Shown here: positions 44,627-54,820 of the stretch, piece after piece
Layout: every line of letters starts with the position of its first letter
Numbering within the stretch: position 1 is the first letter of the stretch
Assembly (NCBI GenBank): GCA_026004595.1
Contig: BPJL01000002.1
Location: 65,431 to 129,430 of the forward strand
DNA: 64,000 bases
Origin: Patescibacteria group bacterium
Lineage (GTDB): Bacteria; Patescibacteriota; WWE3; UBA101185; UBA10185
Direction: 5' to 3'
Notes under the pieces: model-generated
Databases searched by the model: none
The model's input: the letters and a program-made list of their open reading frames with translations, nothing else
What the model was told of the DNA's origin: nothing
Program-made: the position numbers and the translations under genes

Positions 44627-45058
44627 ATGTACTTTTTAACTACGGAATTTGGCCATTTAGCACTGTCTTTGGCGGCCGGATATGTTTGTTTCAGGCTTTA
44701 CAGACGGATGTCTAGTTGGGTTTTTTCCCTTATTTCGGGATTTTTGGTGGATTTAGATCACCTTTTTGATTATTTTGTGTTCAGGGGGCTGCAGTTTGAC
44801 CTGGGTGATTTTATTTCCAGTCGTTATTATCACGATACAAATCAGGTTTATATTTTACTGCATAGCTGGGAGTTGGTGGTTGTGCTTTGTGTCCTTTTCA
44901 TTTTTTCAAAGAAGAAGTATATCTTTTGCCCGTTGGTTTTGGGGCTAGCGCTGCACTTGGTTTGGGATCATCTGACGAATCCGGCGTATTGGCGTACATA
45001 TTTTTTGATCGGGAGGTACTTGGAGGGTTTTACCTTGGATAAGCTTTTTGCTTATTGA
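44627..45058 (+). CDS. YdjM/DUF457-like membrane metal-binding hydrolase
   Basis: H..., VDLDH, LHS and HLVWD motifs in a hydrophobic 143-aa protein. Confidence 0.65.
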   Translation: MYFLTTEFGHLALSLAAGYVCFRLYRRMSSWVFSLISGFLVDLDHLFDYFVFRGLQFDLGDFISSRYYHDTNQVYILLHSWELVVVLCVLFIFSKKKYIFCPLVLGLALHLVWDHLTNPAYWRTYFLIGRYLEGFTLDKLFAY

Positions 45059-45076
45059 TTGTAGTAAAATATACAG

Positions 45077-46126
45077 ATGGGAAAAGGGCAAGACTTACCG
45101 ACAGTTTCAATTTTAATACCTACCCTAAATGCCGACTCCGTGCTTGAGAATTGCTTAAAGTCTGTTTCTGAGCAAGATTATCCAAAAGAAAAAGTAGAAA
45201 TTGTCGTGGCTGACGGGGGTTCTTCTGATAGTACTGTTGAGGTAGCTAAAAAATATGGGGCAGTTATTGTTGAGAATAAATTAAAAACGGGCGAGGCGGG
45301 AAAGGCCGCTGCTTTGAAGGCCTGTACCGGAGAATTTGTGGCTTTGATAGATTCGGACAATGTTTTGCCGGATCCGGATTGGCTTAAGCAGATGATTAGA
45401 CCGTTGTTACAGCACCGGGAAGCTGTTGGGAGCGAGCCGTGGGAGTATGTCTGGAGAAAAGAGGACGGTTTTATTGACAGATACTGTGCAATGATAGGCA
45501 TGAATGACCCTTTAGTAATGTTTTTGGGAAATTATGACCGTATGAATTTGCTTAGCGGAAAATGGACAGAAGTTGATCATGAGGAAGAAGATTTTGGAGA
45601 TTATTTGCTGGTTGGGTTTGACAAGCGGGGCGTGCCTACGATTGGTGCGAATGGTACGGTGTTTAGGAGCGAGTTTTTGAAAAGCAGGGTTAGCGGTGAT
45701 TATTTGTTTGATATTGATATTTTGGCTAAAGAGGTAAAAGAGAAAGGATCCGTGAAGTTCATCAAGGTAAAAAATGGAATTGTGCATAATTATTGCGGTA
45801 GAGACATCGGCAAGTTTGCAAGGAAGCAGAGGAGGAGGGTGAGGGATTATTTGTATCATTTGAATGAGAAGAAGGATAGGGAGTTTGAGTGGGGGGAAAT
45901 AGATTTGGGCGGTAAGAGATCGTGGGGGCTTGTGAAGTTTGTTTTATCATGTGTATTGGTGTTACCCTTGTTAGTGCAAATGTTTAAGGGATTAGTTAGA
46001 AAAGTTGATAGCGCGTGGTTGTTTCACCCCGTAGCCTGCTGGGTTACGCTGTGGGAGTATGGGTTTGGGTGTATGGGCGGGTATTTTAGACGGGCTGAAT
46101 TGAATAGGGAGGGGTGGGGGCAGTGA
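45077..46126 (+). CDS. GT2 glycosyltransferase
   Basis: SILIPTLN, QDYP, DGGSSDST and IDSDN motifs. Confidence 0.88.
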   Translation: MGKGQDLPTVSILIPTLNADSVLENCLKSVSEQDYPKEKVEIVVADGGSSDSTVEVAKKYGAVIVENKLKTGEAGKAAALKACTGEFVALIDSDNVLPDPDWLKQMIRPLLQHREAVGSEPWEYVWRKEDGFIDRYCAMIGMNDPLVMFLGNYDRMNLLSGKWTEVDHEEEDFGDYLLVGFDKRGVPTIGANGTVFRSEFLKSRVSGDYLFDIDILAKEVKEKGSVKFIKVKNGIVHNYCGRDIGKFARKQRRRVRDYLYHLNEKKDREFEWGEIDLGGKRSWGLVKFVLSCVLVLPLLVQMFKGLVRKVDSAWLFHPVACWVTLWEYGFGCMGGYFRRAELNREGWGQ

Positions 46127-46947
46127 ATTTAGGGATTTCAGATAACTCAAATGAAAAGATAAAAGTAAATAGGAGTACGTCAGAAAACTGGGATGATTTA
46201 TACACACATGCCTTTTTGCCCCTTAATAAACAAGTTCCCGAAATGAAGAAAAAAATTGACGACTTATTCGAGATAAACCCAACGCTTCTTAGGCGTTTTT
46301 ACCCGCATTTGGATGCATATCTGGATAACTGTAAAGAAAGATCTAAGGGGCTGCTTGAAGTAGGTTGTGGCACAGGCATTTATTCTTATGTGATATCTAA
46401 ATTTGTCGACCCGAGCTATAAGCTTTACCTTCTAGATCATAGTGAAAAAGCATTGGAATTGGCAGCAAATCTTTTTAGAGGTAGAGAAAACACATTTTTT
46501 ATAAAAGCTGATATATTTGAGAAACCTTTAAGTTCTGGACCATACGACGCTGTAATCACGGGAGGATTGATCGAGCATTTTTCTCTCGAGGTTCAAGCAG
46601 ATCTTATCGCGTATTTAAAAACTCTATCTACAATTCAGATCCACCAATACCCAGTGTCGAACGGTGTGTATTGGTTGCAGAGACTTATAATTAGTTTGTT
46701 TAATAATTTTAGGTGGCCTTTCGGCTATGAGGTTCCACTAACCAGTAGTAGGATTGAGATCCTCTTCCCTAAAGTTTACAAATTTTATAGAGCTGGACTA
46801 ATCGATAGAATTTTATTCCGAAGTCTTGATTCGTATTTTTTGTCGAAGTTCTATAACTCCCTGTCAAGAAAAAAAACAAGAAACAAGCCGTTATTCTATT
46901 TTGACGAAACCCTGGTCGTTGTGGAAAGTCCGCTTGTGCGGAAATAG
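46123..46947 (+). CDS. Class I SAM-dependent methyltransferase
   Basis: LEVGCGTG, LDHS, ADIF and GLIEHF motifs; GTG start overlaps the upstream TGA. Confidence 0.82.
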   Translation: MNLGISDNSNEKIKVNRSTSENWDDLYTHAFLPLNKQVPEMKKKIDDLFEINPTLLRRFYPHLDAYLDNCKERSKGLLEVGCGTGIYSYVISKFVDPSYKLYLLDHSEKALELAANLFRGRENTFFIKADIFEKPLSSGPYDAVITGGLIEHFSLEVQADLIAYLKTLSTIQIHQYPVSNGVYWLQRLIISLFNNFRWPFGYEVPLTSSRIEILFPKVYKFYRAGLIDRILFRSLDSYFLSKFYNSLSRKKTRNKPLFYFDETLVVVESPLVRK

Positions 46948-46955
46948 TATTAAAT

Positions 46956-49136
46956 ATGTTCACTAATGGGTTAATTGCTAATTCGGATACACAACTTGAA
47001 TTTGGATTTATTGCACAACTATATAACCATTTTTTTGTATGGAACGACCTGGATAATTTCGGAAGTAATCCGGGTGGCTATCTATTGTGGGGCAAAGTTA
47101 TTCAGTTTCTCTTCGCCCAACTTTTTGGTTATTCATATGCAAGTTATTTAGGGCTTGCTGTTATTGTATTTTTGCACTTGTTATTTAGCTACCAGCTGTG
47201 TTTAATATCTCTCCAACCGATTAGCCGAGGATTTGTTAGCACTCTTGTCAATATAATAACAGTAATAATCACCGTTTTAAATCCCCTTTTTGCGTATATG
47301 AGTGTTGTTAACATTACTATGTATTTGGGGTTTGTGCTAGCTCTTGGTGGCATAGTTTTTTATCTTAAATATATAGACAGCCCAAAGCTTACCTATTTGA
47401 TAGCTTCCTCATTGTTTGCATCTTTATCTATTGCAGATTTTCACTCGTTAGTTCTGTACCTTATTTTTGTAGCTCTTTCTGCATCCTTTTTGTACCTATC
47501 CGGCGATGCTGAGATAAGAAAAAGGATAGCTAAGAGTATACTAGTTGCCTTGTTGTTAGTTGCTTGTCTAAATTCTCATTGGATTTTTTATAACCTATAT
47601 AATTTGTTAACAGCAGAAAAATTTCTTATCAGTAATATAAATTTTAGTGAGTCAGTAAGTTCCGATGTTTTATTTTACTTAAATAATAAAAACCATCCCG
47701 GTTACTCTGTGTTATTAAACAGAAGAGAGCACTCTTTTTTTCAAAATGACATTTTATATCTAATAAATCTCGTTGTATCTCTTGTGGTAATCTTAATTTC
47801 CTTATCCTACCCACTATTTTCTAAAAAAAATGAAAAAATACTTCGTTTTTACTTGTTATTTGCTTTTATCTATGTGGTAAGTTTAACCATGGTCTTCGGT
47901 CCTAAAGGGCCATTTTTTTTATTTTCATTTGTTTACAATTACATACCAGGTGGTGTGTTGTTTAGAGATTTTTATAAGTTTTTTAGATTAATTTCAATTG
48001 CAGAGTTGGGTTTAATAACAATCTCCTTAAGTACACTAAATCGTAAGTTAGGGACAAAATTTATTTTCTTATTTCTGTCTTTTTTGTTAATACTTAGGGT
48101 GTTTACATATATGCCTGTTTTTAGATATATAAACCGGTATGATATTCCTCATGACTACGTACAAATAACGAGTCTTTTAGCTTCAGATAAGGATAATTTT
48201 CGTTATATCGTTTTTCCGTTAACAGGTTGGATGGTAAAATATACATGGTCAAATCAAGAGTATGATATGCAAGATCCCATTGCTTCGATGACCTCAAAAC
48301 CATATTTGTATAATCCCGTAGCATACAGTAATTCTCCCCAAACTTTATTTAACTTATCTTTGGAGAAAAAACTTTATTTCGATAAGGAAGCTTTTGCGAG
48401 GGACCTTCGTTTTGCGGGGATCAAGTACGTTTTATTAAGAAAGGATTTAGAGCCAGACCAGCTTTCCCAAATTTCTATAATCACTCGTAATCCTATGACC
48501 TTGCTTGATTGGAATTATATTTTTCCGCATCTGGAAGAAGCTGAAAATTTAAAAAAAATTGGAGAGACCGACAACCTAATACTTTATAAGGTTAAAGATT
48601 TCGACCAAAATTATTTGATTTATAGTATTGATAAAAACCACAAGCGAGTAGAAATTAAGTGGGTGCAGATTAATCCCGCATCATTTTTGATGGAGATAGA
48701 TGACGATTTGAGTATGGGTATAAAGGCTTACTTCATTGAGCAATATAACTCAAATTGGGTGTTGTTCAAGTTGGATTCTAGCGAATGCCAAGTGAATAAT
48801 TTTGGTCATAGTATACCGTACAGAGATATTGTTAAATATGTAACATCGAGCTTCAAATGCGATGTAAGCATAATATCGAATTATGCAAGAAACAGACTAA
48901 CTGGGAAAATTTCCAGAAGTAACCCTTCGGGTTATTTGCATGATGTTAATTTTAACAGCTGGGAGCTAGAAGACCAAAACAATGACTCTCCGAATTTGTA
49001 TGCAATTTTTTATGAGCCTCAATTTTTTTTCACGTTGGGATTATTAATATCTTTACCTACAGTCATACTGGCACTTTTATACCTAATATTTTATTCTTTG
49101 TGTAGTACTTTCTTAAATATTAAAAAATGTTTTTAA
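46956..49136 (+). CDS. Large polytopic membrane protein, GT-C-like (AftD/YfhO-like architecture)
   Basis: About 12 N-terminal TM, LFRDFYKF loop, soluble domain with GIKYVLLRKD, EQYNSNW..NSW, and a C-terminal TM; AT-rich. Confidence 0.6.
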   Translation: MFTNGLIANSDTQLEFGFIAQLYNHFFVWNDLDNFGSNPGGYLLWGKVIQFLFAQLFGYSYASYLGLAVIVFLHLLFSYQLCLISLQPISRGFVSTLVNIITVIITVLNPLFAYMSVVNITMYLGFVLALGGIVFYLKYIDSPKLTYLIASSLFASLSIADFHSLVLYLIFVALSASFLYLSGDAEIRKRIAKSILVALLLVACLNSHWIFYNLYNLLTAEKFLISNINFSESVSSDVLFYLNNKNHPGYSVLLNRREHSFFQNDILYLINLVVSLVVILISLSYPLFSKKNEKILRFYLLFAFIYVVSLTMVFGPKGPFFLFSFVYNYIPGGVLFRDFYKFFRLISIAELGLITISLSTLNRKLGTKFIFLFLSFLLILRVFTYMPVFRYINRYDIPHDYVQITSLLASDKDNFRYIVFPLTGWMVKYTWSNQEYDMQDPIASMTSKPYLYNPVAYSNSPQTLFNLSLEKKLYFDKEAFARDLRFAGIKYVLLRKDLEPDQLSQISIITRNPMTLLDWNYIFPHLEEAENLKKIGETDNLILYKVKDFDQNYLIYSIDKNHKRVEIKWVQINPASFLMEIDDDLSMGIKAYFIEQYNSNWVLFKLDSSECQVNNFGHSIPYRDIVKYVTSSFKCDVSIISNYARNRLTGKISRSNPSGYLHDVNFNSWELEDQNNDSPNLYAIFYEPQFFFTLGLLISLPTVILALLYLIFYSLCSTFLNIKKCF

Positions 49137-49528
49137 CTCCGTTATTTTTATTATTTTTATTGGCTTTGGGACTTTTCTATTGGCTATATAAGGTTATAAG
49201 TTGTGGTAGGTACATCAAATTAGGTGAGTTGTTAGAGACCGGAATATTGAGTCTGATGATATTACTTTATCTGGGCCGTTTGATGGAAGGAAATGCTTAC
49301 AAATTTGTTATGTCTATTCTATTATTTTGGTTAGTGTTTCGAATAGTGAGTGGGGTCAGTTGGTTAATTTCATATATTATGCTTGCTTTATTGCTATTAC
49401 TATCCTTGGTTTCGACATTATTGGGTTCCGTTGCGTCTTCTGAGAATATTGCTTTGCTGTATCTTTTTGTTCTTTTTTCGTACTGCTTTAAACTATATAC
49501 AAATTTGAAAAAAACTGACAATCTATGA
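49127..49528 (+). CDS. Small hydrophobic membrane protein
   Basis: 133 aa, almost entirely hydrophobic, overlapping both neighbours. Confidence 0.6.
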   Translation: MFLTPLFLLFLLALGLFYWLYKVISCGRYIKLGELLETGILSLMILLYLGRLMEGNAYKFVMSILLFWLVFRIVSGVSWLISYIMLALLLLLSLVSTLLGSVASSENIALLYLFVLFSYCFKLYTNLKKTDNL

Positions 49529-51114
49529 TTTATGTAATAAACGGACTCCAGGACCCGACTTTTTTATATGTATTATCGAGAACAGGTATAATTTATTTTG
49601 GTCACCACACAATGTCTTGTTTCCCCTACTCCACCGTCATAGAAGCCTTTGTGGGTTTGTCCGGCAGTACGCAGCCATTACTAAGTTTAATTCTTCTTGT
49701 ATTTTTGCAACTATTTGGGACGTATTTTTTTATATTATGGCCTTTACTGGTTGTATTGCTAAATTTTCTAGTGTCCGAGTTTTTGTTTCGGAATTATAGG
49801 ATGAGTGTTTTCTATTCTCTAATATTGACCTTCTGCTCATATTTTTGGATAAAACTTGGGCTTCATATGGAGCTTATTGGGTTGTGGACCCTTGCTATGT
49901 TTATGGCTTTATTGGGTAAGGATTTTTTGCGGGAAGATAATAACAAACGACTATTACCTCATCAAAGTAGTGTACTTTTTATTGTTTTGACAGCACTCAT
50001 ATCGAATTACCTTAGTTTTATTGTTTTAGCGACGTATTGTTTACTAATTTTATCTTGGATTTGTTTGAGTGTGGGTCGGGAGAATTTTAAATATGAATTA
50101 TTTGCGCGCTCGGTGCTCACCATATTGTTTTCAGTGGCGATATTGTGTTTGGTTCTTATTCCCTTTTTAAGTAAAGTTTATCTTGGCCATGCTAATGGAG
50201 AAAACAAAGTAGAAAAATTTACCCGACCCTATGAAGACTTTATTACCTTCTCCCTCCGTCCATGGTACTTCTTTATACCTTCACCAAAAAATCCCATCTA
50301 CGGTGAGTTTTCTAAGACTATAACATCTAAAATAGAATCAACCGGCTACTTCCTGGCCGATGACTACTTTCCTGCCGAGCACTCCGCAGCCTTTTTTGGT
50401 TATTTGTTTTTGATTACTTTCGCTGGTTGTCTAATTTACGGTTACAAAAAACTTGATCCTGAGACAAGAAAAAGAGTAAACGTTTATCTACTAACCACAA
50501 TTCTTCTTGTCTCATTCACAATGCCCCCTTATTTCACGATATCTGGCTTAAAGATATACACCCCCGGACATCTTATCGCTGTTTTATTCCCGATGTTCCG
50601 TGTAACAGCCAGGTTTAGCCCCATGATACTTCTGTTCATGCTCATGATAATGGCAGAAATAATAAATGTAATCCATATTAAACACCAGAAGTTCTTTAAA
50701 ATATTCATGCCTATCCTTCTCGTAGTAACGCTCGTTGAAACATTCGTCCCATTCAAAATAACTAAATATGATAAAGTACCCCGAACCCTATGTTTATATG
50801 GGTCAGCAAGAGCCCATGTCTATAAAGTATATGGTTTATCCATATTCAAAATCAAATGAAAGCCTTTTTTTGGCTTCCCGATCACAAGCAGTGTCTCATG
50901 AATGTTAGAGATTACCGCTACGAGCAGGTATCGGCTGAGGAGTTAACCCTAAAATTGTTTGAACCTGGAATGCTGGATCAGGCTAAAAGCTTGGGGGTTA
51001 CCCATGTTTTGGTTTTTCCAGCCAGAAAAATTATATTGGTCAACTGAGTTCGTTGGCAAGCCCTTGAAGCTTGTAAAGTCTTTCTCAGATTCCGCTCTTT
51101 ATAAAATCAGATAA
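49525..51114 (+). CDS. Polytopic membrane protein, putative GT-C/YfhO-like (frameshifted 3' part)
   Basis: Many TM helices, PMFRVTARF loop. Fragments 50856-51047 (LGVTHVLV) and 51061-51114 (SALYKIR*) continue it via indels. Confidence 0.6.
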
Positions 51115-51217
51115 GGGTAGTAAATAAGTTGTCTATTGATTAATGAAGCGCCAAAAATTGCTAAGATGGTGTGGTAGGTTGTTTACTATATATAGATAGT
51201 GTAATTTCATAAACCAC

Positions 51218-52419
51218 ATGAAAATCTAAGCTTATTAAAGACAAAAAAAACAGTTCTACTCATATGCCCCCTTCTCCCGCCCCAACGTTGGAGGTGTAGA
51301 AACACATCTTGATAGGCTCATAGAATATCTGGGAACAAAGGGATACTATTCCATTTTAATTGACTTATCAACCTTTAGGCCACATCCCCTAAAGGGAGAA
51401 AAGCTGGAAAAGGGCAAAAACTACCAGATACACAGAATGCAGTGGTTCGGAATAGGGCTTTTTGACCAGTTGGAAAACAAAGTTTCTTCTTGTTTTTCTC
51501 TATGTTTTTCCAGGTCTATTCCTACAATCAATTCTTTTCTACATTAAAAAACCACAAAAAAAATAAATGTGATACATGCCCCACGGTCTTGTTGCCGCAA
51601 CGATAGGAATGTTCTGCAAATTTTTTGCATAAAAAAAAGAACAGTCGTAAGCACCCACGCTATATATATGTTTGAGAATAGAAAATCTATTCTCCGATTT
51701 TTAGTAAAAAACATTTTAAGGTTCTATGACAAAATAATTGCCGTTTCCGAAGTTTCTAGAGACGAACTAATTAAAATTGGCTTGCCGAAAGACAAAGTCA
51801 CGTGTTATAGAAAACTGGGGTGAACACAGATATTTTTCATCCAATTCCTAAAGAGAAAATATCTGTAACCTCTGATAAAAAAATAAACTTTCTAATGGTT
51901 TCTAGATTTATTGAAAAGAAAGGAGTTTTAACTTTACTCCAAAGCGGCGCAAAAAAATAAAAGACGCCAATTTTTATTTGGTAGGCGGGGGACAGCTTGA
52001 GGATCAGATTAGAGAATTAGCCTTATCCAATGAAAACTTGAAATATATCGGTATATTAAACCAGGATATGCCGGAACAGCGTCAAAAGCTGGTTGATCTC
52101 TACTCCCCTTGCAGATTACTTTGTCTCACCCTATCTTTACGACGAAGGCTATTCCATAACGCTTTGTGAAGCCGTTTCATGCGGCACAAAAAACAGTAAT
52201 ACCCAAAAGGGGCTCACCCCCCCACTTTTCTATCTGACGAAGTGGCCATTTTTATGCCCCGCAGAGATAAACGAAAAAATTCTTATCAGCACGCTTTCTG
52301 AATTGACCAAAAATCCTAAAACCGAAGAGAGCATAAAAACTTGCAGAGAATACGCCTTGAAGCACCTAGGCTTTTCGAATGCGCAGATAATTCTTGACGC
52401 ATACGAAAAAGATGAATGA
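51218..52419 (+). CDS. GT4 glycosyltransferase (many indels)
   Basis: PNVGGVETHL, IHAH, SRFIEKKG, VGGGQL and YDEGYSITLCEAVSCG motifs in successive frames. Confidence 0.75.
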
Positions 52420-53281
52420 AGAAATAAAAAATAAACTTGAAAAGATTTTGTCAAAAAACAGGCGACCCTCAATTTCCGCCGCCGGGTTTTAACTATGGTT
52501 GAGTATCTTGATGTACAGCCCGGTGAAAAAATATTAGACATGGGATGCGGCGAGGGGTTTTATTCTATGATATTTGATGAGCTTTACCAGTGCGAGATAT
52601 ATGCTGTAGACTGCGATCCCAAAATTTTATCTTTAGCTCGCAAAAGATTGGAAGGCCGAGGACAAATAAAAATAGAGGAAGGGGACATAACATCTCTAAA
52701 ATTCCCCGATAGTTATTTTGACAAAATAGTATGTACTGAAGTGTTGGAGCATGTAACTGAAGATGAAAAGGCGATAAAAGAGCTATATCGAGTGCTGAAA
52801 CCCGGAGGAACCATAGCCATAACCGTTCCCAATAAAAACTATCCCCTTCTTTGGGATCCTTTAAATAAGATACGCGAAAAGCTGGGTTTAGGCCATTTTA
52901 GCCCCCACAGCGGCTTTTGGGGCGGTATTTGGGCAAAAGACCATAAAAGGTTGTACCTTCCGCAGGACCTAAAGAAGCTGGTTGAAAACGCCAATTTTGA
53001 GACGAAAGATTTAAGGGTTTTGACACACTACGGAATCCCATTCAACCATTTAATACTTTATTTAGGAAAGACCCTCTACACCCGGTTTCCTGTTCCTGAA
53101 AGTATGAAAGTATCTATGGAGAAATTTGATTGGGAAAAAGACTCTGGAAGTAAAGGGCTTCTACCAGTGCTGATTAATGCCTTCTTCGTACTACTTAAAA
53201 AAAATAGATGAAAAGAACGAAACCATATTTCCTTTGGACAAGTCAACTATGGCTGTGGCTTTAAAAGCAATAAAAAAATGA
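52412..53281 (+). CDS. Class I SAM-dependent methyltransferase (indels near both ends)
   Basis: ILDMGCGEG and EVLEHV...RVLKPGG motifs. The reconstructed start MNEEIK overlaps the upstream stop, and the end ALKAIKK* overlaps the next ATG. Confidence 0.85.
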
Positions 53282-54447
53282 AAAACATACTGATCATAGC
53301 TAACTCAATTGTAGGAAAAGAACCGGGAGTAACGGGAGGGGAGAGCAGGTTTATAGAGCTCGCAAAATGCTGGAGAAAATCCGGATATGAGATTCACTTA
53401 ATGTCTGGGAAAGGCGGAAAAGTTTTGTGCGAAAAAATGAGTCTTCCTGTCGTGCTTCACAACATATCAAACTCTAAAGCCATCGGTCGCGTAGAAATTA
53501 TTTTAAGGTTTTTTAAAATGTTTCTGAATATCCCATCATTGTTATTTACGTTTAAGGAAGGAATAGTGTATTCAGCCAGTGAGCAAATTTACGATGTATT
53601 GCCTGGTTTTATTCTTAAGCTTTTCCACCCTCACAAGATTAGATTTGGTGTAGTTGTGCACTGGCTTCCCCCAGTATATTTTTGGAAAAGAAAGCAATCC
53701 AGCCCTTTAAACTCTCTTATGTTTTTAATTAGCGAGCGGCTAGGACTGCTTTTAGCGAATATCAATGCGGACGCCCTCTTGCCTGTTTCTGAAGAGACAT
53801 TGAACGAACTCGTAAAAAGTAAATTAAATAAGCGCCCTACAAAATTTGTTCTCTGCGGCGTTAATCTTGAAGAAATAGATTCTTATGCATCTCAAACGGC
53901 GGCAAAGAATTATGATGCAGTATTTATGAAGCGGCTCCAAAAAACCAAAGGCATATTTGATTTAATTGAAATGTGGGAGATGATGGTTGTCGAAAAGAAA
54001 GACGCTAAATTATTGATTATTGGTGAGGGTATAGATGGAAACGAAGCGCGTAAAATGGTTTCAGAAAAAAATTTGGAAAAAAACATTGAGTTTGCGGGTG
54101 TTGTTTACGATCCGAAGATAAAATTTGAAATGTTGGCAAGCGCAAAAATATTTATTCTGCCTTCTTACGAGGAGAACTGGGCGATAGTTATTGGCGAAGC
54201 TATGAGGGTCGGACTTCCCGTGGTTTGTTATGCTCTTAAGGAATTAAGAGCTGTTTGGGAAGATAATATAATTTACTCTAAATTAGGGGACAAAAAGGAT
54301 CTTCTTGAAAAGGTTAAGGAATTGCTTGCTAGCGAGCAAAAAAGGTTAGAAATCGCGCAGAAAGCTCGCAGATACGTTGAAAAATATAGCTGGCAGAGGA
54401 TAGCGGAAGAAGAATTGGCTTTTATCTTGGGAAAGGGTAAAAACTAG
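53278..54447 (+). CDS. GT4 glycosyltransferase
   Basis: GGESRF, RLQKTKG and PSYEENWAIVIGEAM motifs. Confidence 0.88.
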   Translation: MKNILIIANSIVGKEPGVTGGESRFIELAKCWRKSGYEIHLMSGKGGKVLCEKMSLPVVLHNISNSKAIGRVEIILRFFKMFLNIPSLLFTFKEGIVYSASEQIYDVLPGFILKLFHPHKIRFGVVVHWLPPVYFWKRKQSSPLNSLMFLISERLGLLLANINADALLPVSEETLNELVKSKLNKRPTKFVLCGVNLEEIDSYASQTAAKNYDAVFMKRLQKTKGIFDLIEMWEMMVVEKKDAKLLIIGEGIDGNEARKMVSEKNLEKNIEFAGVVYDPKIKFEMLASAKIFILPSYEENWAIVIGEAMRVGLPVVCYALKELRAVWEDNIIYSKLGDKKDLLEKVKELLASEQKRLEIAQKARRYVEKYSWQRIAEEELAFILGKGKN

Positions 54448-54461
54448 AAAACAACCCGCGT

Positions 54462-54490
54462 TTGTGGTAATAGCTTCTTCGTGTTAGGAT
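54462..54490 (+). promoter_or_regulatory. Promoter of the small zinc-finger gene
   Basis: TTGTGG-17 bp-TAGGAT with extended -10 (TGtTAGGAT), followed by a GAGGAGG SD. Confidence 0.55.
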
Positions 54491-54517
54491 ACTGAAAAAC
54501 CAAGAGAGGAGGGAAAA

Positions 54518-54698
54518 GTGGATAATCCAGGGAAAATTGATCCGTTTGTGTGTCAAAATTGTGGAAAAAAAATTGTCGCCTATGATAACTCTTGAGGAGA
54601 GGCTAAAGCACGCTAACGGTGTGTGTAAGAAATGGTTCTCTTTTGTAAAAAAGCAGGAGGAACGCAAAAGACAACCACCTCTTCCTGGTATAAAGTAG
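54518..54698 (+). CDS. Putative ~59-aa C2HC zinc-finger protein (needs removal of one A from A8 at 54565-54572)
   Basis: GTG start after GAGGAGG. Reconstructed sequence MDNPGKIDPFVCQNCGKKLSPMITLEERLKHANGVCKKWFSFVKKQEERKRQPPLPGIK*. Absent from the ORF track. Confidence 0.6.
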
Positions 54699-54706
54699 CT
54701 TTTTCT

Positions 54707-54796
54707 GCTGTGTGTTCGGTCCTCCTCCGCCCCCACACAGCTCCCGGGGCTAAAAGTGGTTCCTTTTCTTTCTACTCTCCTTACACTTTTAGCCCC
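54707..54796 (+). ncRNA. Tandem stem-loop RNA element with pyrimidine-rich (anti-SD-like) loops; 3'UTR or sRNA
   Basis: Stem 1: GCTGTGTG/CACACAGC with apical UCCUCCU. Stem 2: perfect 13-bp GGGGCTAAAAGTG/CACTTTTAGCCCC with a 25-nt CU-rich loop. Confidence 0.55.
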
Positions 54797-54820
54797 ATTT
54801 CTTTGTATAATGTAATCACG

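Noticed and set aside
54422-54736. Minus-strand 104-aa ORF, and the long N-terminal extension of ORF 54632-56194
   Set aside because: Neither has an RBS or protein-like features. The region is better explained by the + strand microprotein, the hairpins and a start at 54821.
54707-54796. CsrB-like sRNA on the minus strand (GGA motifs in loops)
   Set aside because: There are few GGA sites, and no convincing minus-strand promoter or U-tract. The + strand reading fits better, though this is not excluded.
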